IMG/VR virus record: IMGVR_UViG_3300024517_000021
Span: 1-54,779 of that record
From: a virus
Lineage: Duplodnaviria > Caudoviricetes
DNA length: 54,779 nucleotides
Reading direction: 5' to 3' (one strand)
Below are positions 22,201 to 29,268 of the stretch, piece by piece. A program made the position numbers and the translations under genes. The notes below the pieces were generated by a model. The model made no database searches. It worked only from the letters and a program-made list of their open reading frames with translations, and was not told the origin of the DNA. The first letter of the stretch is position 1. Each line of letters begins with the position of its first letter.

Positions 22201-23818
22201 CGAGGGAACGAACCCTGTGATAGAGGCGTTCGGTGCTCCTGCCAGATGGCTACGGGAGGCAGTGACTCGGAGCCCGGAGTTCATGGCTGCAAACATGCTT
22301 CGGGATTCGCTGTCTACTTGGGTGATTAGTGGTGGAAAAGCAGGTCCGTGGGATACGTTGTCTACGTTTGGAAAAGATCTGAAGAATTGGAAGATCGGGG
22401 AAACCTCCGAGACTCTTAAGATTCTTGAGAAGACAGGTGCAATTGGAGGGTATGATCTCCAGGGTACTTCTCCCAAGGCGTTGAAAAGATATTTCCTGAA
22501 GGCTTCTGGTGCTAAGTCTGGTGGTCCGATGGGACTAGGCTCAAAGCTATGGGGAGATCTTGGTGATATCTCTGGTTTGTCGGAAGCGGCTGCACGGCAG
22601 CGTGTCTACGAGCATGTCTACGAGATCACGATGGACAAGCTTGCTGCTGAAAACATTCGAGGCGAAAAGGCTGAGCGCATTGCGATGCGAGAGGCTGGAT
22701 TCCAGGCTCAGGAAGTGCTCAACTTTTCTAGGAAAGGAAGCTCTCCCTGGCTGAAAGTAATCACTGCCACCGTACCGTTTTTGAATGCTCGCTTGCAGGG
22801 CCTCGACCGCTTGGGCAGGTCGGCCTTTGGTCAAGATTCGATGGTTGGGATGAGCAAGGAAGAGGCGATTCGATCCTTCATTTTGCGTGGCAGCTTGATC
22901 GCAGGGATGACGATTGCCTATACGCTGATGAACTGGGAGGATGAGGAGTACCAGAATACTCGTCAGGAAATTAGAGATGATAACTGGTTGATTCCTACGG
23001 GTACTGGCAATTTCATTTCTATCCCGATTCCGTTTGAAGTGGGAGTCTTGTTCAAGGTGATTCCAGAAATGTTGACTGCTGCGGCACTGGGTCGAGCGCC
23101 GAGGGAGTTGGTTGATTCTGCACGACATGCCTTGGTCAATACCCTGAACTTCAATCCACTCCCGCAAGCGGTGAAGCCAATCATTGAGGGTTGGACAAAC
23201 TACAACTTCTTCACAGGTCGAGAGATCGTGCCCTTCTATATGGAGGATATGATTTCGGAGAAGCAGTACCGTCCGACAACAACAGCCCCAGCCAAGATGC
23301 TGGGTGCTGCATTCAATGTCAGCCCGATGAAGGTGGAGAACTTCATTCGAGGTCAGTTCGGAACGATTGGTTCCTATGCGATGTCTGCCACGGATGCAGT
23401 CTTACATAACCCGGCGTTCGGCTATACGAGTAGGCCAGACAGAAGGCTGACAGACTTCCCCTTCTTTAGACGATTCATGAAGGATGAGTTCGGTACTGGG
23501 AACAAGTCTCTCTACTACGATATGCGTGGGGAAGTAGATGGGATTGTTGCCACGATCAATGCCTTGTCTAAGACTGAGCCGATGGAGGCAATGAAGATTC
23601 GTAGGGAGTATGGAGGTCTGCTGCGGATGCGAGATGTGGTGAACTCGATGGACAAACAGATGCGTAGTCTCAGGAACCGTCGCATTCAGATCTATGTGAA
23701 TCCGTCTATGGATCCTGGGATGAAGAGGAAGTTGATTGACAACTTGGATAGAACTGAAAACCGTTTACTCAAGAATGTTCCGGCGATGCGGAAGATGGCT
23801 GACCTGGGGATCTTGTGA
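13277..23818 (+). CDS. Giant multi-domain (polyvalent-type) virion protein: N-terminal lytic transglycosylase, zincin-like metallopeptidase, ART-like, GNAT-like, nuclease-like and C-terminal LPD38-like domains
   Basis: 3513 aa; SLT motifs QES, GAQGLMQLMP, ALAAYNAG, ETQDYV; HESIH...EEAVA; C-term RDDNWLIP...IPIPFEVG.LFK..PE. Confidence 0.8.
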   Translation: MSRDLYRDLVYRIAEEEGVYGPLAEAVIQQESNWDPAATSHAGAQGLMQLMPGTASDLGVEDPLDPEQNIRGGVRYLRQNLEKYDNDIDLALAAYNAGPGNVDKYGGIPPFKETQDYVSRIRGERLPMFMSEYGDFEETSEEEVSAGVDPAGLEDQVVEEEVETRTVFLPDNTWVDAPADMPEEEALQLAREKYPESFNVVGVEIPRGESNSWDAAAAAASRSTFGLIPGLQAAFASATGNEDLYDHAQGRLREESEAAYDIAPNLVTTEEIGKVYDEEGLIPAAAKAMEFGTEQIFQSFGFQAPSIAAGLGVAGAAQLGVLAGLTGPVGVATAGMLAGLGTMFSTFLSENLERSYEEGKIDTKDVNLLRQAVSAGGQTALNSLTYLLVGGKVGTKMLLSPAAREEGFSALGKTLNRLEDLSPVKRMLSVVAEEEVAEIGQQALERYAAGLPVDPRHKGAAEEYAEIALATLAPSLGFAALGGVSSSLSRRAAERKDLDKETDVKKAMMERVTEARLKLEENRRSDALHNLRESAQYQAERDLFLSEAGDLAGITAEDIHALAKERNINSEDVAFHEFSRKATAGIEDKTGKKGGQAYLDGMSPKQLQKMYADIKAMPVQEQPTSLQVVSEKDARSFAGALAKGRKKQKVTKKQVEAKLRALGKIDEGQMEENFLGDLADQYIFRLAEFGLGTKLDDGSIQLKKTDRTLVSESDYQKIMDASRADAGGRFITMGRAKELTGVRGFNRYRAIRDEAIRRGDIVKTGKRYMVAPAKEFTKSFSYRIDEGPQHVVRNDRGEVESTHANQRAADKEKNKLARKIGYIARDEGGNAIGGAGTKQEARQHLSRYFARLRQEAKNAVLNNGVGKLPPIDQASDWIKPTVERRAEEAGEAAVRRAKDNVVGVKPIRRVYTVAKEDGFLIREEKTGADGRVSRSARKDFLAGEEEARARLSELEGRRVGRAAVDRGEEAELVRSLREDPATPLDEELPLPAPEQVSEHAALEEELNKVLASRGLSEFRTEIVEGLTVDARVDPLTLTIQIAMTPGLQSKKIEDQVKALMPLLNHESIHAFRKMGLITKAEWKQLKKWVKTTPVPSEIVNAFNEKQTAAGLETLPDGATYYDMSRVLYADQGNADNWIDDSYVEEAVAFLGQDLTNIAPDPEVKGIFRKIASVLKRVGRALMGRGYRTPKEAFDKLYGPQMVQRAKAGRSLDTWWTDRRLGNDQIRPEYEFAELAGWAESRGRVLGGEQTTEEKVLEALDSVESPDVDVSPGRAAVPRAAEGARVGNWGELPRGADNWEQLPDGRLVGYRVSRSVGGRAVSGADSRQSASMEPGAQVEFEGDGVFVTNDLEYAKTYYGVHDENALQRVAFSRDDVTSGRLADSEPEVSVRSGEVIGSDVFTDPDLDPTPRAAEGFPRHTDRSYRNAVNRDEAARANAEFDEDTRTWSDGQWESVGDFPNTRHIELTNHLSPTIEELKTQGLGMHTDHQRSLVGKNRDIPEGTPVRLRIDVRLWKDWLRKIGEGKYAQTVHDIYNKKGEYVNIESATQVGTALGYDNIARLDGDVEFKVNWNQANKIRYADGKKTPIAVVEGAISQDRTDPRDIPDFDSWIPVGYNPHKSVFFYDKRTGQEVVGGRDAISTGNTVFVREANYGDRSVQSATEEGDRQFAQDRPSRRVGRAAVDRGEAVTHALRIIEGIDSASIDSKTSSPTVFEIAKYFYDSVDDRVDHRSATDSQNKALEDLIFDEALFAVKKNPSALEWYDENLNLTMSVLEEIDPDLKNPDNRFVLSALLAVTSNGNTVDEQFKQSWDTYRHWVDNDGELVGDYAAGDKKKFIQNHIAIISSLVENLGYAGAAEWLSSKSPVSEIRKSASDWGYPNAKKIATTEFVDEVVPHSVIFGPKLGSFFNNLYGDYSTLTMDRWFMRMLGRVAGSQLDINIPKLKQAEARGRKSLGDLSSQDRKMLGLNKKSFTGPNIVSSVGRVNKYFSLAKNREGIAKGTPLDNFRKAVNNLSKKYEPLIESPVSPGHRRWIRARFNNVIKRLRDEGLSIEPADLQALLWYNEKALFNALNYREKKGSDDYAGSAEALHQRVVGRPSRVYATGAGRVAGVGGGPSAERVGRAAANRGETPEAVLRDFRSRTDGRSLVAQEALSRPYRRGTRGTSSALRGLGAPDSVQVVRYKFDSPRFKESFDSAGVPTTDILEISGPGSSQFFRERIQKSKDENRFGSSVYVYDEPEYSGMRLFLSDDGHSGIALKGDDIVSGFSTPEAPRGSVYPLMMKAIDEGGRRADAFDTVLPRLYSNMGMRVVARVPWDDQYAPPGWDYDLYSRFNSGRPDVTYLVYDPDYLGYYEGTEGSVVSSPDDAVSLQDSALEEIDSRPIERVGRAAMSRGIPRGAENPVLRPGTDGQVTLANARWGQIPFNKEGKFDKRGVAYDIFVKEGYDESVEGKSRGFGERHIERHNPDIRDNTPFRDWKELLSEFTKALSKGKKLRSGDIYPAPDGAGRMSFLWDRDDFKEPVVVIMEYVDREGGESLPPKAHHYSVVTAFASDDYGGNVPDGNRRNNTPLHGSRVSTEAIKAYRRPSVARKWNEKQRGRFALSRTDGVPYTPAQRAAQADLNGGIPETDNSLWGQVSSAFPVIDTAFWSEMRRRFLEKFNRLKEIGEMRGARGDTVGSLASSSAWALAMMVDRAGAFLSASFKYGVMTFRDGIPMVEDLELTDTAENVLIYNTRTGEYERVTKSVPNMYEGVGGLLSILEALAVPGRNLVPKFFAYSRALRGYNLMQAGKLVPFENPEESIKQGLAFADEHPEIAIAHANLQKWNEGMVEFLVQTGVMTRDMADVWLQHSDYVPFYLNLDGETNDAMRQIFTEQLGEGADFQILDSLVSGIPSKRYKGFKGQLMEPVEALSKNAFALIQAGLKNVASAKAIDEAMDIAEPMARETTKDKSDLTVRREGKEYYYAVSDPVLLNTLIGAFEGTNPVIEAFGAPARWLREAVTRSPEFMAANMLRDSLSTWVISGGKAGPWDTLSTFGKDLKNWKIGETSETLKILEKTGAIGGYDLQGTSPKALKRYFLKASGAKSGGPMGLGSKLWGDLGDISGLSEAAARQRVYEHVYEITMDKLAAENIRGEKAERIAMREAGFQAQEVLNFSRKGSSPWLKVITATVPFLNARLQGLDRLGRSAFGQDSMVGMSKEEAIRSFILRGSLIAGMTIAYTLMNWEDEEYQNTRQEIRDDNWLIPTGTGNFISIPIPFEVGVLFKVIPEMLTAAALGRAPRELVDSARHALVNTLNFNPLPQAVKPIIEGWTNYNFFTGREIVPFYMEDMISEKQYRPTTTAPAKMLGAAFNVSPMKVENFIRGQFGTIGSYAMSATDAVLHNPAFGYTSRPDRRLTDFPFFRRFMKDEFGTGNKSLYYDMRGEVDGIVATINALSKTEPMEAMKIRREYGGLLRMRDVVNSMDKQMRSLRNRRIQIYVNPSMDPGMKRKLIDNLDRTENRLLKNVPAMRKMADLGIL

Positions 23819-24276
23819 GACTCTCTCCCCACTTTGTTCTTAGAGAGTTGACGAAATCCCAGACGGCAACTCGAATGGGAATCGACAATAGTCCAAACGA
23901 TACGGAGATAGAATCTCTTCGTGTTGTATGTGAAAATATTTTAGAGCCAGTCAGGGCTAACTTTAAGGTTCCATTTAGTCCGTCTTCTGGATTTAGATGC
24001 AAAGAGTTGAACGAAGCAATTGGTGGTTCCCCTACGAGCCAGCATTCTTTGGGTCAAGCTGCGGACTTTGAGATCTTTGGTGTCTCTAATCTAGAGATTG
24101 CATTGTGGATTAAATACAATCTAGATTTTGACCAGTTGATACTAGAGTATTATTACAATGACGATCCTTCTTCTGGTTGGGTTCATGCGTCCATCCTGAC
24201 TCACGGCAACAGGAAGGAGTGTTTTACTTTTGATGGGAAGATTTACTGGGGTGGTATTGAAGGGAAAGGTTCTTAA
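23815..24276 (+). CDS. Endolysin, peptidase M15A family
   Basis: LSPHF.L.E, SSGFRC..LN.AIGG...SQH..GQAADF, WVH Zn-binding motifs. Confidence 0.9.
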   Translation: MRLSPHFVLRELTKSQTATRMGIDNSPNDTEIESLRVVCENILEPVRANFKVPFSPSSGFRCKELNEAIGGSPTSQHSLGQAADFEIFGVSNLEIALWIKYNLDFDQLILEYYYNDDPSSGWVHASILTHGNRKECFTFDGKIYWGGIEGKGS

Positions 24277-24492
24277 TTGATCATCGATCAGTTGGCACAT
24301 TTTGGATTCGCGTTCTTGGTATCTGGGCTAGGAACAGATACTGGATTGGAGGGTCTCTATGTTGGTTTTGCGCTGGGCGTTGTCAGAGAGCATGCACAGA
24401 TGCAGGCTTCCGGTGATCAGACAATCGGTAAGAATCGAGTAATCGATGTACTCATGTGGTCATTGGGCGGATGCTTAGGAGGTATGCTTTGA
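24277..24492 (+). CDS. Small membrane protein (lysis cassette)
   Basis: TTG directly after TAA; hydrophobic segments; DQLAH...REH motif. Confidence 0.55.
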   Translation: MIIDQLAHFGFAFLVSGLGTDTGLEGLYVGFALGVVREHAQMQASGDQTIGKNRVIDVLMWSLGGCLGGML

Positions 24493-24803
24493 AAGTTTTA
24501 AAAGAATGGATAGACAAGTTGGCGACGCAGTATGTGGTCGGCAGGTTTCGGACTGCGTTTGCCGGGAAGAAAAGATGGCTGACGGCTTTGGCGTATAGCG
24601 TGGTAATCTCGGGTACGCTTGCTGGTGTTCCCGTGGAAAATCTACTAGGGGAACTTGTCGGGGATCCAACGGTAGATAAGGAAGAGACCGTCGCCGCCTT
24701 GGTTGCTGCGGCAGTCGCGCAGTTTCGGTTCTTCCAAAACATGGGAGTTAACCGAGATCTCAAACAAAAGGTCAAGAGCCTTGAGGAGAAAAGTGATGGT
24801 TAG
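24489..24803 (+). CDS. Putative holin-like membrane protein
   Basis: Start re-called to TTG 24489 (GGAGG 6 nt upstream, TTGA overlap); GKKRW followed by two hydrophobic helices and a charged C-term. Confidence 0.5.
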   Translation: MKVLKEWIDKLATQYVVGRFRTAFAGKKRWLTALAYSVVISGTLAGVPVENLLGELVGDPTVDKEETVAALVAAAVAQFRFFQNMGVNRDLKQKVKSLEEKSDG

Positions 24804-25005
24804 TAGAACGCTTGCTTGCTTTATTGCCCTGGGTTTTGTTGGTTGTGCTTCGGTTGGTGCGCGGATAGATCCCGGGTCGGGAACTTACGAGTTGGTGATT
24901 GGTGCAACGGACTGCATTGACCAGAAAAATATTCTGGGATCTGCCGTTACGGCGATACCCGGTCTTGGTCCCTGGGCGGTTTCCAACTTTGGTTGCAATA
25001 ACTAG
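24796..25005 (+). CDS. Small lipoprotein (possible spanin component)
   Basis: ATG 24796 with GAGGAG SD; MVSRTLACFIALGFVG-C lipobox; end of lysis cassette. Confidence 0.55.
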   Translation: MVSRTLACFIALGFVGCASVGARIDPGSGTYELVIGATDCIDQKNILGSAVTAIPGLGPWAVSNFGCNN

Positions 25006-25376
25006 GCTGTTGGCTCTTCGATTGGGAACAAGGGTACTTGTTTGATCTGGTCAAGGAGGAATGCTTCCTCCCCTTCCATGGTAAGAGTACGGAAGATTTG
25101 CATTTCCGGGCACTTCTTGTTCCACATCCTGGCGTAGAATGGTCCCATCCTTCCTGGGATGTTCCTTTTGTCTTCCGGGTTGGCGTTAAACAGGCTCCAC
25201 CGGACAGCTCCCAGAACTAATGATGTGGGTATTGATGGGTATCTTCCATTTGCACTGCGAGACTTGGTTACTGCTGCCCATGTAAATTTCTGGAACAGAA
25301 CCCATACATCTTTATTTTCCCTATGAAATACGAGGAACTCTTCGCGGAGTTCCTCGTATTTTGTTTTAGGGATCAT
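25002..25376 (-). CDS. Hypothetical phage protein
   Basis: 124 aa; F..FH.EN..VW..F, RW, FYAR pattern; ATGA coupling. Confidence 0.65.
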   Translation of the reverse strand: MIPKTKYEELREEFLVFHRENKDVWVLFQKFTWAAVTKSRSANGRYPSIPTSLVLGAVRWSLFNANPEDKRNIPGRMGPFYARMWNKKCPEMQIFRTLTMEGEEAFLLDQIKQVPLFPIEEPTA

Positions 25377-25759
25377 TCCTTCTGTTCCTGCTCTTCGTGA
25401 AGCTTCAGGTATTCCTCCCCCGTTAGGCTGGGATGATTCGCCTCACTCCTGCATTCGTTCATAACCCATGCATACCCAGCGAGATCTTTTATTGAGTCTT
25501 CCAGGGATGCATCCTCTGGGGCTTGTGCAATCCTGGCAATTTTTAGAAGTGCCATCATTGTCCCTACATCGAAAGCTTCTAGCTTTCTCACTTCACGATG
25601 AGAGAGATACCAGTTCCATACCTCGGCGATTGCTTCTTGCATCCGGTAGGCAGACCCGTAGGTTCCCTCCCTGGATTCTTCGCAAGTCTCCCTCACCTCA
25701 TCCAAGAATGATTTAGATGTCAATTTCCATATCCCCCTTCCATTCCTTGATGATTTCAT
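25373..25759 (-). CDS. DUF6378-like protein
   Basis: R...YG......IA..W..YL...DV..MM.LLKIAR.....DS..D.AGYA; true start probably TTG at 25723. Confidence 0.75.
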   Translation of the reverse strand: MKSSRNGRGIWKLTSKSFLDEVRETCEESREGTYGSAYRMQEAIAEVWNWYLSHREVRKLEAFDVGTMMALLKIARIAQAPEDASLEDSIKDLAGYAWVMNECRSEANHPSLTGEEYLKLHEEQEQKE

Positions 25760-26198
25760 CCAGCCGGTTCCTTGCCCTCTTGTTGGTTGCGAGAGCAGAC
25801 CGACTTGTAATTTCCAGTTCCTCCCTGAGAAGTTGGGCGCAAAGTTCCTCCGGCTTGTAGCCAGCCATCAGGTGATGGGGCTTGGCCATATCACCAATGA
25901 ATCTGTCTTGGAAGCTTTCATTCCGGCAAAGCTGACCGGCCTTTGCCACATAGCTGGCACCTTCTGTTTCGGGAAGTGTGGGGTTTTCATCGTCTCCGAT
26001 TTGGACTGCGACGATCTGATACCTAGTACCTAGCCTTGCCTGCATCATAAGATCGGGCGCTTCGTCTGGATGTACGCTGAACCCCACCACCCATCCATTC
26101 TTGTCCATGCGAAGGATCATCAGTGAACCCTCAAATTTCTGGATCGTGTCTTCCAGTTTCATTTTCCCACCTTTCGTGAAAAATATTTGCCCATTCAA
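25713..26198 (-). CDS. Hypothetical phage protein
   Basis: VHPDE.P, G.RY....V.I.DDE.P, AG.LCR...FQ, I.SR..L pattern; start may be ATG 26163. Confidence 0.7.
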   Translation of the reverse strand: MNGQIFFTKGGKMKLEDTIQKFEGSLMILRMDKNGWVVGFSVHPDEAPDLMMQARLGTRYQIVAVQIGDDENPTLPETEGASYVAKAGQLCRNESFQDRFIGDMAKPHHLMAGYKPEELCAQLLREELEITSRSALATNKRARNRLDEIIKEWKGDMEIDI

Positions 26199-26451
26199 TC
26201 GGGTCTATCAGCCTGTCATTCCACCAGTCTGCTTCATCCCCACGGGTGTGGCATTTCATGTGGCACTCCGCACAGAGGGGAACTGCCCAACGGTCGGAAT
26301 TCTTTCTGCCCATCCCTCTTCGTTCTGCGTGTCTGAGATGGTGAGCTTGAACGGAAAAGGGGGAGGCACACACAAGGCATACCTCCCCCCGCACCCGCTT
26401 GAGGTAGGCGGCTGACCGCCACGGGCGAGACTTAAAACGGGATGTCGTCAT
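26131..26451 (-). CDS. DUF968 / HNH-like Zn-binding nuclease
   Basis: YL..VR...CLVC....AHH....GMG.K.SD...VPLC..CH...H. Confidence 0.8.
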   Translation of the reverse strand: MTTSRFKSRPWRSAAYLKRVRGEVCLVCASPFSVQAHHLRHAERRGMGRKNSDRWAVPLCAECHMKCHTRGDEADWWNDRLIDPIEWANIFHERWENETGRHDPEI

Positions 26452-26698
26452 CCACCTGGGTGGGAAGCTCCTCCTCCTTAAGCTCGATGGTAATGAACGT
26501 GTAGGGGTTGCCTTTCTTGGATGTTCGCTCCCAAGCGGCGCACCTCACCTTGAGTTCATCACCGGGTGCTTTCTTCAACGCCTCGACCAGATCCTTGAGG
26601 GATTGTCTGCTGAATTCCCCGGTGCCCGTCTTCACCGGGTGATTGGGCCCGGCTTGATACTTGTTGGGATACAGCCACAGTTTGGGTTTATTGTCCAT
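26432..26698 (-). CDS. Putative single-stranded DNA-binding protein
   Basis: P..TG, AAW...SK.G.PY and acidic C-terminal DDDIPF tail; adjacent to annealase. Confidence 0.65.
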   Translation of the reverse strand: MDNKPKLWLYPNKYQAGPNHPVKTGTGEFSRQSLKDLVEALKKAPGDELKVRCAAWERTSKKGNPYTFITIELKEEELPTQVDDDIPF

Positions 26699-27374
26699 CG
26701 GTTTCCTCCTGTCGTAGGACTTCTTTGCGTGCCGTGAAGACTCCGAGAATTTCCCGGTAAGTCGCAGGCTCGCTTCTCTCTAGCTTCTTGAGTTCTTCCA
26801 GATTCTCTCGCCACCAATCTCGCAACTGGGAAGTGTTCTTCTTGTCTTCCGCGAATGCTCGATAAGCGTTGACCACTCCATCCACAACGTCCTCGGACTT
26901 GCCGTTTGGCTTTTCCTTGGTCTCAGTGGTTGGCTGGCTCGATGCGGCAGGGAGATCCTCGCCAGCATAGAGGTAGTGACCAAGGCCGAAGAGCGCGATG
27001 CACTTCGTCAGGCAGCGCATCTTTGCATTCGAGATTGCCAGACTGTCGGGGTTTTGGATTGCCTTGTTTCGGTGATCCATTACGGGAAGCCACATGGTTC
27101 GTGCGACGGGCTCTTCACCTTCGGTGTTAAGGTCGATGAAGATCGTGCATTCCACGGATGCAGTCCCGTCTTTTCCGATATGGGCGGGGGATCCATCCCA
27201 GTCTTTGAACTCAAATTGAGATTCTGGGTAGTAGTCCATGAGTGTGCCCCATGCCCATGCCCAGCTTAGGTAACTCAGGTTCCCTTTCTTCTCGACGTGA
27301 TCGGAAACATCCACCTTGGACAACTGTTCCCAGATCAGTTTCGCTGCGGTCTCTTTCGTATCGTGATCTCTCAT
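26688..27374 (-). CDS. Sak-like (DUF1071 / Rad52-like) ssDNA annealing protein
   Basis: EKKGNLSYLSWAWAW, MWLPVMD.RN.AI, RCL.K.IALFGLG.YLYAGEDLP; start re-called to ATG 27374 (AGGAGG SD). Confidence 0.88.
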   Translation of the reverse strand: MRDHDTKETAAKLIWEQLSKVDVSDHVEKKGNLSYLSWAWAWGTLMDYYPESQFEFKDWDGSPAHIGKDGTASVECTIFIDLNTEGEEPVARTMWLPVMDHRNKAIQNPDSLAISNAKMRCLTKCIALFGLGHYLYAGEDLPAASSQPTTETKEKPNGKSEDVVDGVVNAYRAFAEDKKNTSQLRDWWRENLEELKKLERSEPATYREILGVFTARKEVLRQEETDGQ

Positions 27375-28231
27375 TTGTTCCTCCTGTTTTTCTGTTCGCA
27401 AAACTGCGCGACCTCGCAGTACCGGTCGCACCTCAAGTACTCGGCTTCAGTCTCCACAATAGTGGCAGGTTTTCCCAACTCTAGAGAGAACATCTCTGCG
27501 TCTGTCATGTTGGAGAAGACGCGGGTAGCCCTTGTCTTTGGAGTACCCTTCTGGGTGAGTTCGTAGACCTTCACCTTCCCGTCTCGCTTCCACATCTCCT
27601 CATCGGTGCATTCGGACTGTGGCAAATTATGACAAGCAACTCTTCCCATGATGTAGTCGAGACATTCGGTCGGTCTCCACAAGGGAAGTGCGATTTTTAC
27701 AACAGGGTGTTGTGGGTAGTTCGTATAGTGGGTGCGTGCAGCCGACCAATCTCGGATGATGGCAACGACCTCGATCCCGCTTATGTCGAAGTGGTTAGCT
27801 CTGGCAATTGCAGCGTAAAGATTGAGCTGGTTGATCCACTCCCTCTTCCCTTCTGGGTTGTAGCGAAGGGTCGCTGCGGAGGTGGTCTTGTAATCGGTCA
27901 GTGTGCGAGTGCCATTCTTGTGCAGGGTTTGCAGATCAATCTGGCCGCCGATGAGCTTGCCGCCGAATTCTGCATAGAGACGCTCTTCCACGATTGTGTC
28001 AGGCGCTTCGGCAGTTTCGAGAATTGCGTGGACAGCAGTGCCGAGAATTGAGAAGATGCGATCTGCAACATCCTCTTCAAGTTCTTCGCTATACTGCTCT
28101 TTTAGCCGGAAGATTTGGGGGCTATCGATCAGCGAGGTGACGCTGATCTCGGCTCCTCCCCTCGAATACTTGTTCGCTTCTTCAAACATTACGAAGGGCT
28201 CGGGAAGTCCATGTCGGTTGGTGAGTTTCAA
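27371..28231 (-). CDS. PD-(D/E)XK (Cas4-like) exonuclease
   Basis: GTAVH..LE, GQIDL, DYKTT, QLN.Y, C-terminal RC..YC....C cluster. Confidence 0.85.
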   Translation of the reverse strand: MKLTNRHGLPEPFVMFEEANKYSRGGAEISVTSLIDSPQIFRLKEQYSEELEEDVADRIFSILGTAVHAILETAEAPDTIVEERLYAEFGGKLIGGQIDLQTLHKNGTRTLTDYKTTSAATLRYNPEGKREWINQLNLYAAIARANHFDISGIEVVAIIRDWSAARTHYTNYPQHPVVKIALPLWRPTECLDYIMGRVACHNLPQSECTDEEMWKRDGKVKVYELTQKGTPKTRATRVFSNMTDAEMFSLELGKPATIVETEAEYLRCDRYCEVAQFCEQKNRRNK

Positions 28232-28262
28232 TTGTTCTCCTTGTGAATTCGGATAGTATGAT

Positions 28263-28694
28263 ATGACAGAAACGATTGCAAGTGAGGGATGGGATTTCGA
28301 CGCGACGATCTTGGGAGAGCCAGCGAGTGCGAAGAATCAGAGGCGGATTGTTTCGATTGGTGGCAAGCCACGTTTGATCAAGTCGGCAAAGGCGCTTGCT
28401 TACTGTAAGACTTTCGAGGCTCAATGTCCCAAAATTGATCTCATCGAGGAGGATTGCATCATTCGTCTAGATGTCTGGTATGCGAGTCGTAGGCCAGATC
28501 TGGCGGCTATGGATTTGGTGATGGACTTGTTGCAGGGACACGTCTATTCCAATGATCGACAAGTGAAGGGGACAATGTCACTATGGAATTTGGATCGCGT
28601 AAACCCTCGGATCCGGGTGAGAGTTTCGAGGGTCTGCGAAAGCTCAGTCGGCATGTCCTCGTTCAAGCTGTCAGAGATCTGGCCAGGAATCTGA
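28263..28694 (+). CDS. rusA: Holliday junction resolvase, RusA-like
   Basis: GEPAS.KN.R, RRPDL....MD.LQG..Y.ND.QV, NPR..V.V. Confidence 0.8.
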   Translation: MTETIASEGWDFDATILGEPASAKNQRRIVSIGGKPRLIKSAKALAYCKTFEAQCPKIDLIEEDCIIRLDVWYASRRPDLAAMDLVMDLLQGHVYSNDRQVKGTMSLWNLDRVNPRIRVRVSRVCESSVGMSSFKLSEIWPGI

Positions 28695-28882
28695 AGGACA
28701 AGGAGCAGATTGTATTGTGGATGACCACCCAGAATTATGTGGACTGGGTCCAGTGGGCTGGGTGGGAGAGAGAATGGGTTGATGAATTCTTCCAGGGGAT
28801 TATCGACTTGCGCCCTGCTGTGAGGAGAGAGGTGGGGATCCAATGTGCTCGGGGTCTCATGGCGATTTCGCATTTGGATTAA
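28583..28882 (+). CDS. Hypothetical phage protein (overlaps rusA 3' end)
   Basis: L.R.VL.QAVRDL...W......V..AG helical pattern; purine-rich SD-like sequence upstream. Confidence 0.55.
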   Translation: MEFGSRKPSDPGESFEGLRKLSRHVLVQAVRDLARNLKDKEQIVLWMTTQNYVDWVQWAGWEREWVDEFFQGIIDLRPAVRREVGIQCARGLMAISHLD

Positions 28883-28893
28883 TAAAGAATTTG

Positions 28894-29045
28894 TTAACTG
28901 AAAATATTTTTCTGGCCAGTCCATCAAGGATCAATGCAATCGTGCAATCGGTCGAGACTACTTTCGGTGACGCGCGTGACGCGGGTGACGCGGATTTCGG
29001 AGAACGTCCCCCTCTGATTAACTGAAAAAATATTTTCCTGGCCAG
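28894..29045. repeat. Repeat-rich intergenic region (candidate origin or regulatory locus)
   Basis: Near-identical TTAACTGAAAA(AA)TATTTTYCTGGCCAG at 28894-28919 and 29018-29045 flank TGCAATCG x2 and GTGACGCG x3. Confidence 0.7.
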
Positions 29046-29092
29046 ATAACTTAGATAAGCTTTGTCCGGCCATTGCACTGGGTGTTCAAGAC

Positions 29093-29227
29093 GTGCGCTG
29101 TTTTAACTGCGGGGAAGAGATGATTGACCGCCGGGGGAAAGCTATCTGTTTGAAGTGTGGTGTTTTCGAGTCATGTTGCGAGGGAGAATGTGGCAGAGAA
29201 GTGGAGGAAGAATCACACACTGGATGA
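29093..29227 (+). CDS. Small Zn-ribbon protein (44 aa, not in ORF track)
   Basis: Manual translation VRCFNCGEEMIDRRGKAICLKCGVFESCCEGEC... Confidence 0.5.
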   Translation: MRCFNCGEEMIDRRGKAICLKCGVFESCCEGECGREVEEESHTG

Positions 29228-29268
29228 AGACAGCCTCTGTTGTAAGCTAGCCCGCACAGGGGGTCATT

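Noticed and set aside
27371-28231. Cas4 as evidence of a CRISPR system
   Set aside because: Sits with annealase and SSB in a standard phage recombination module
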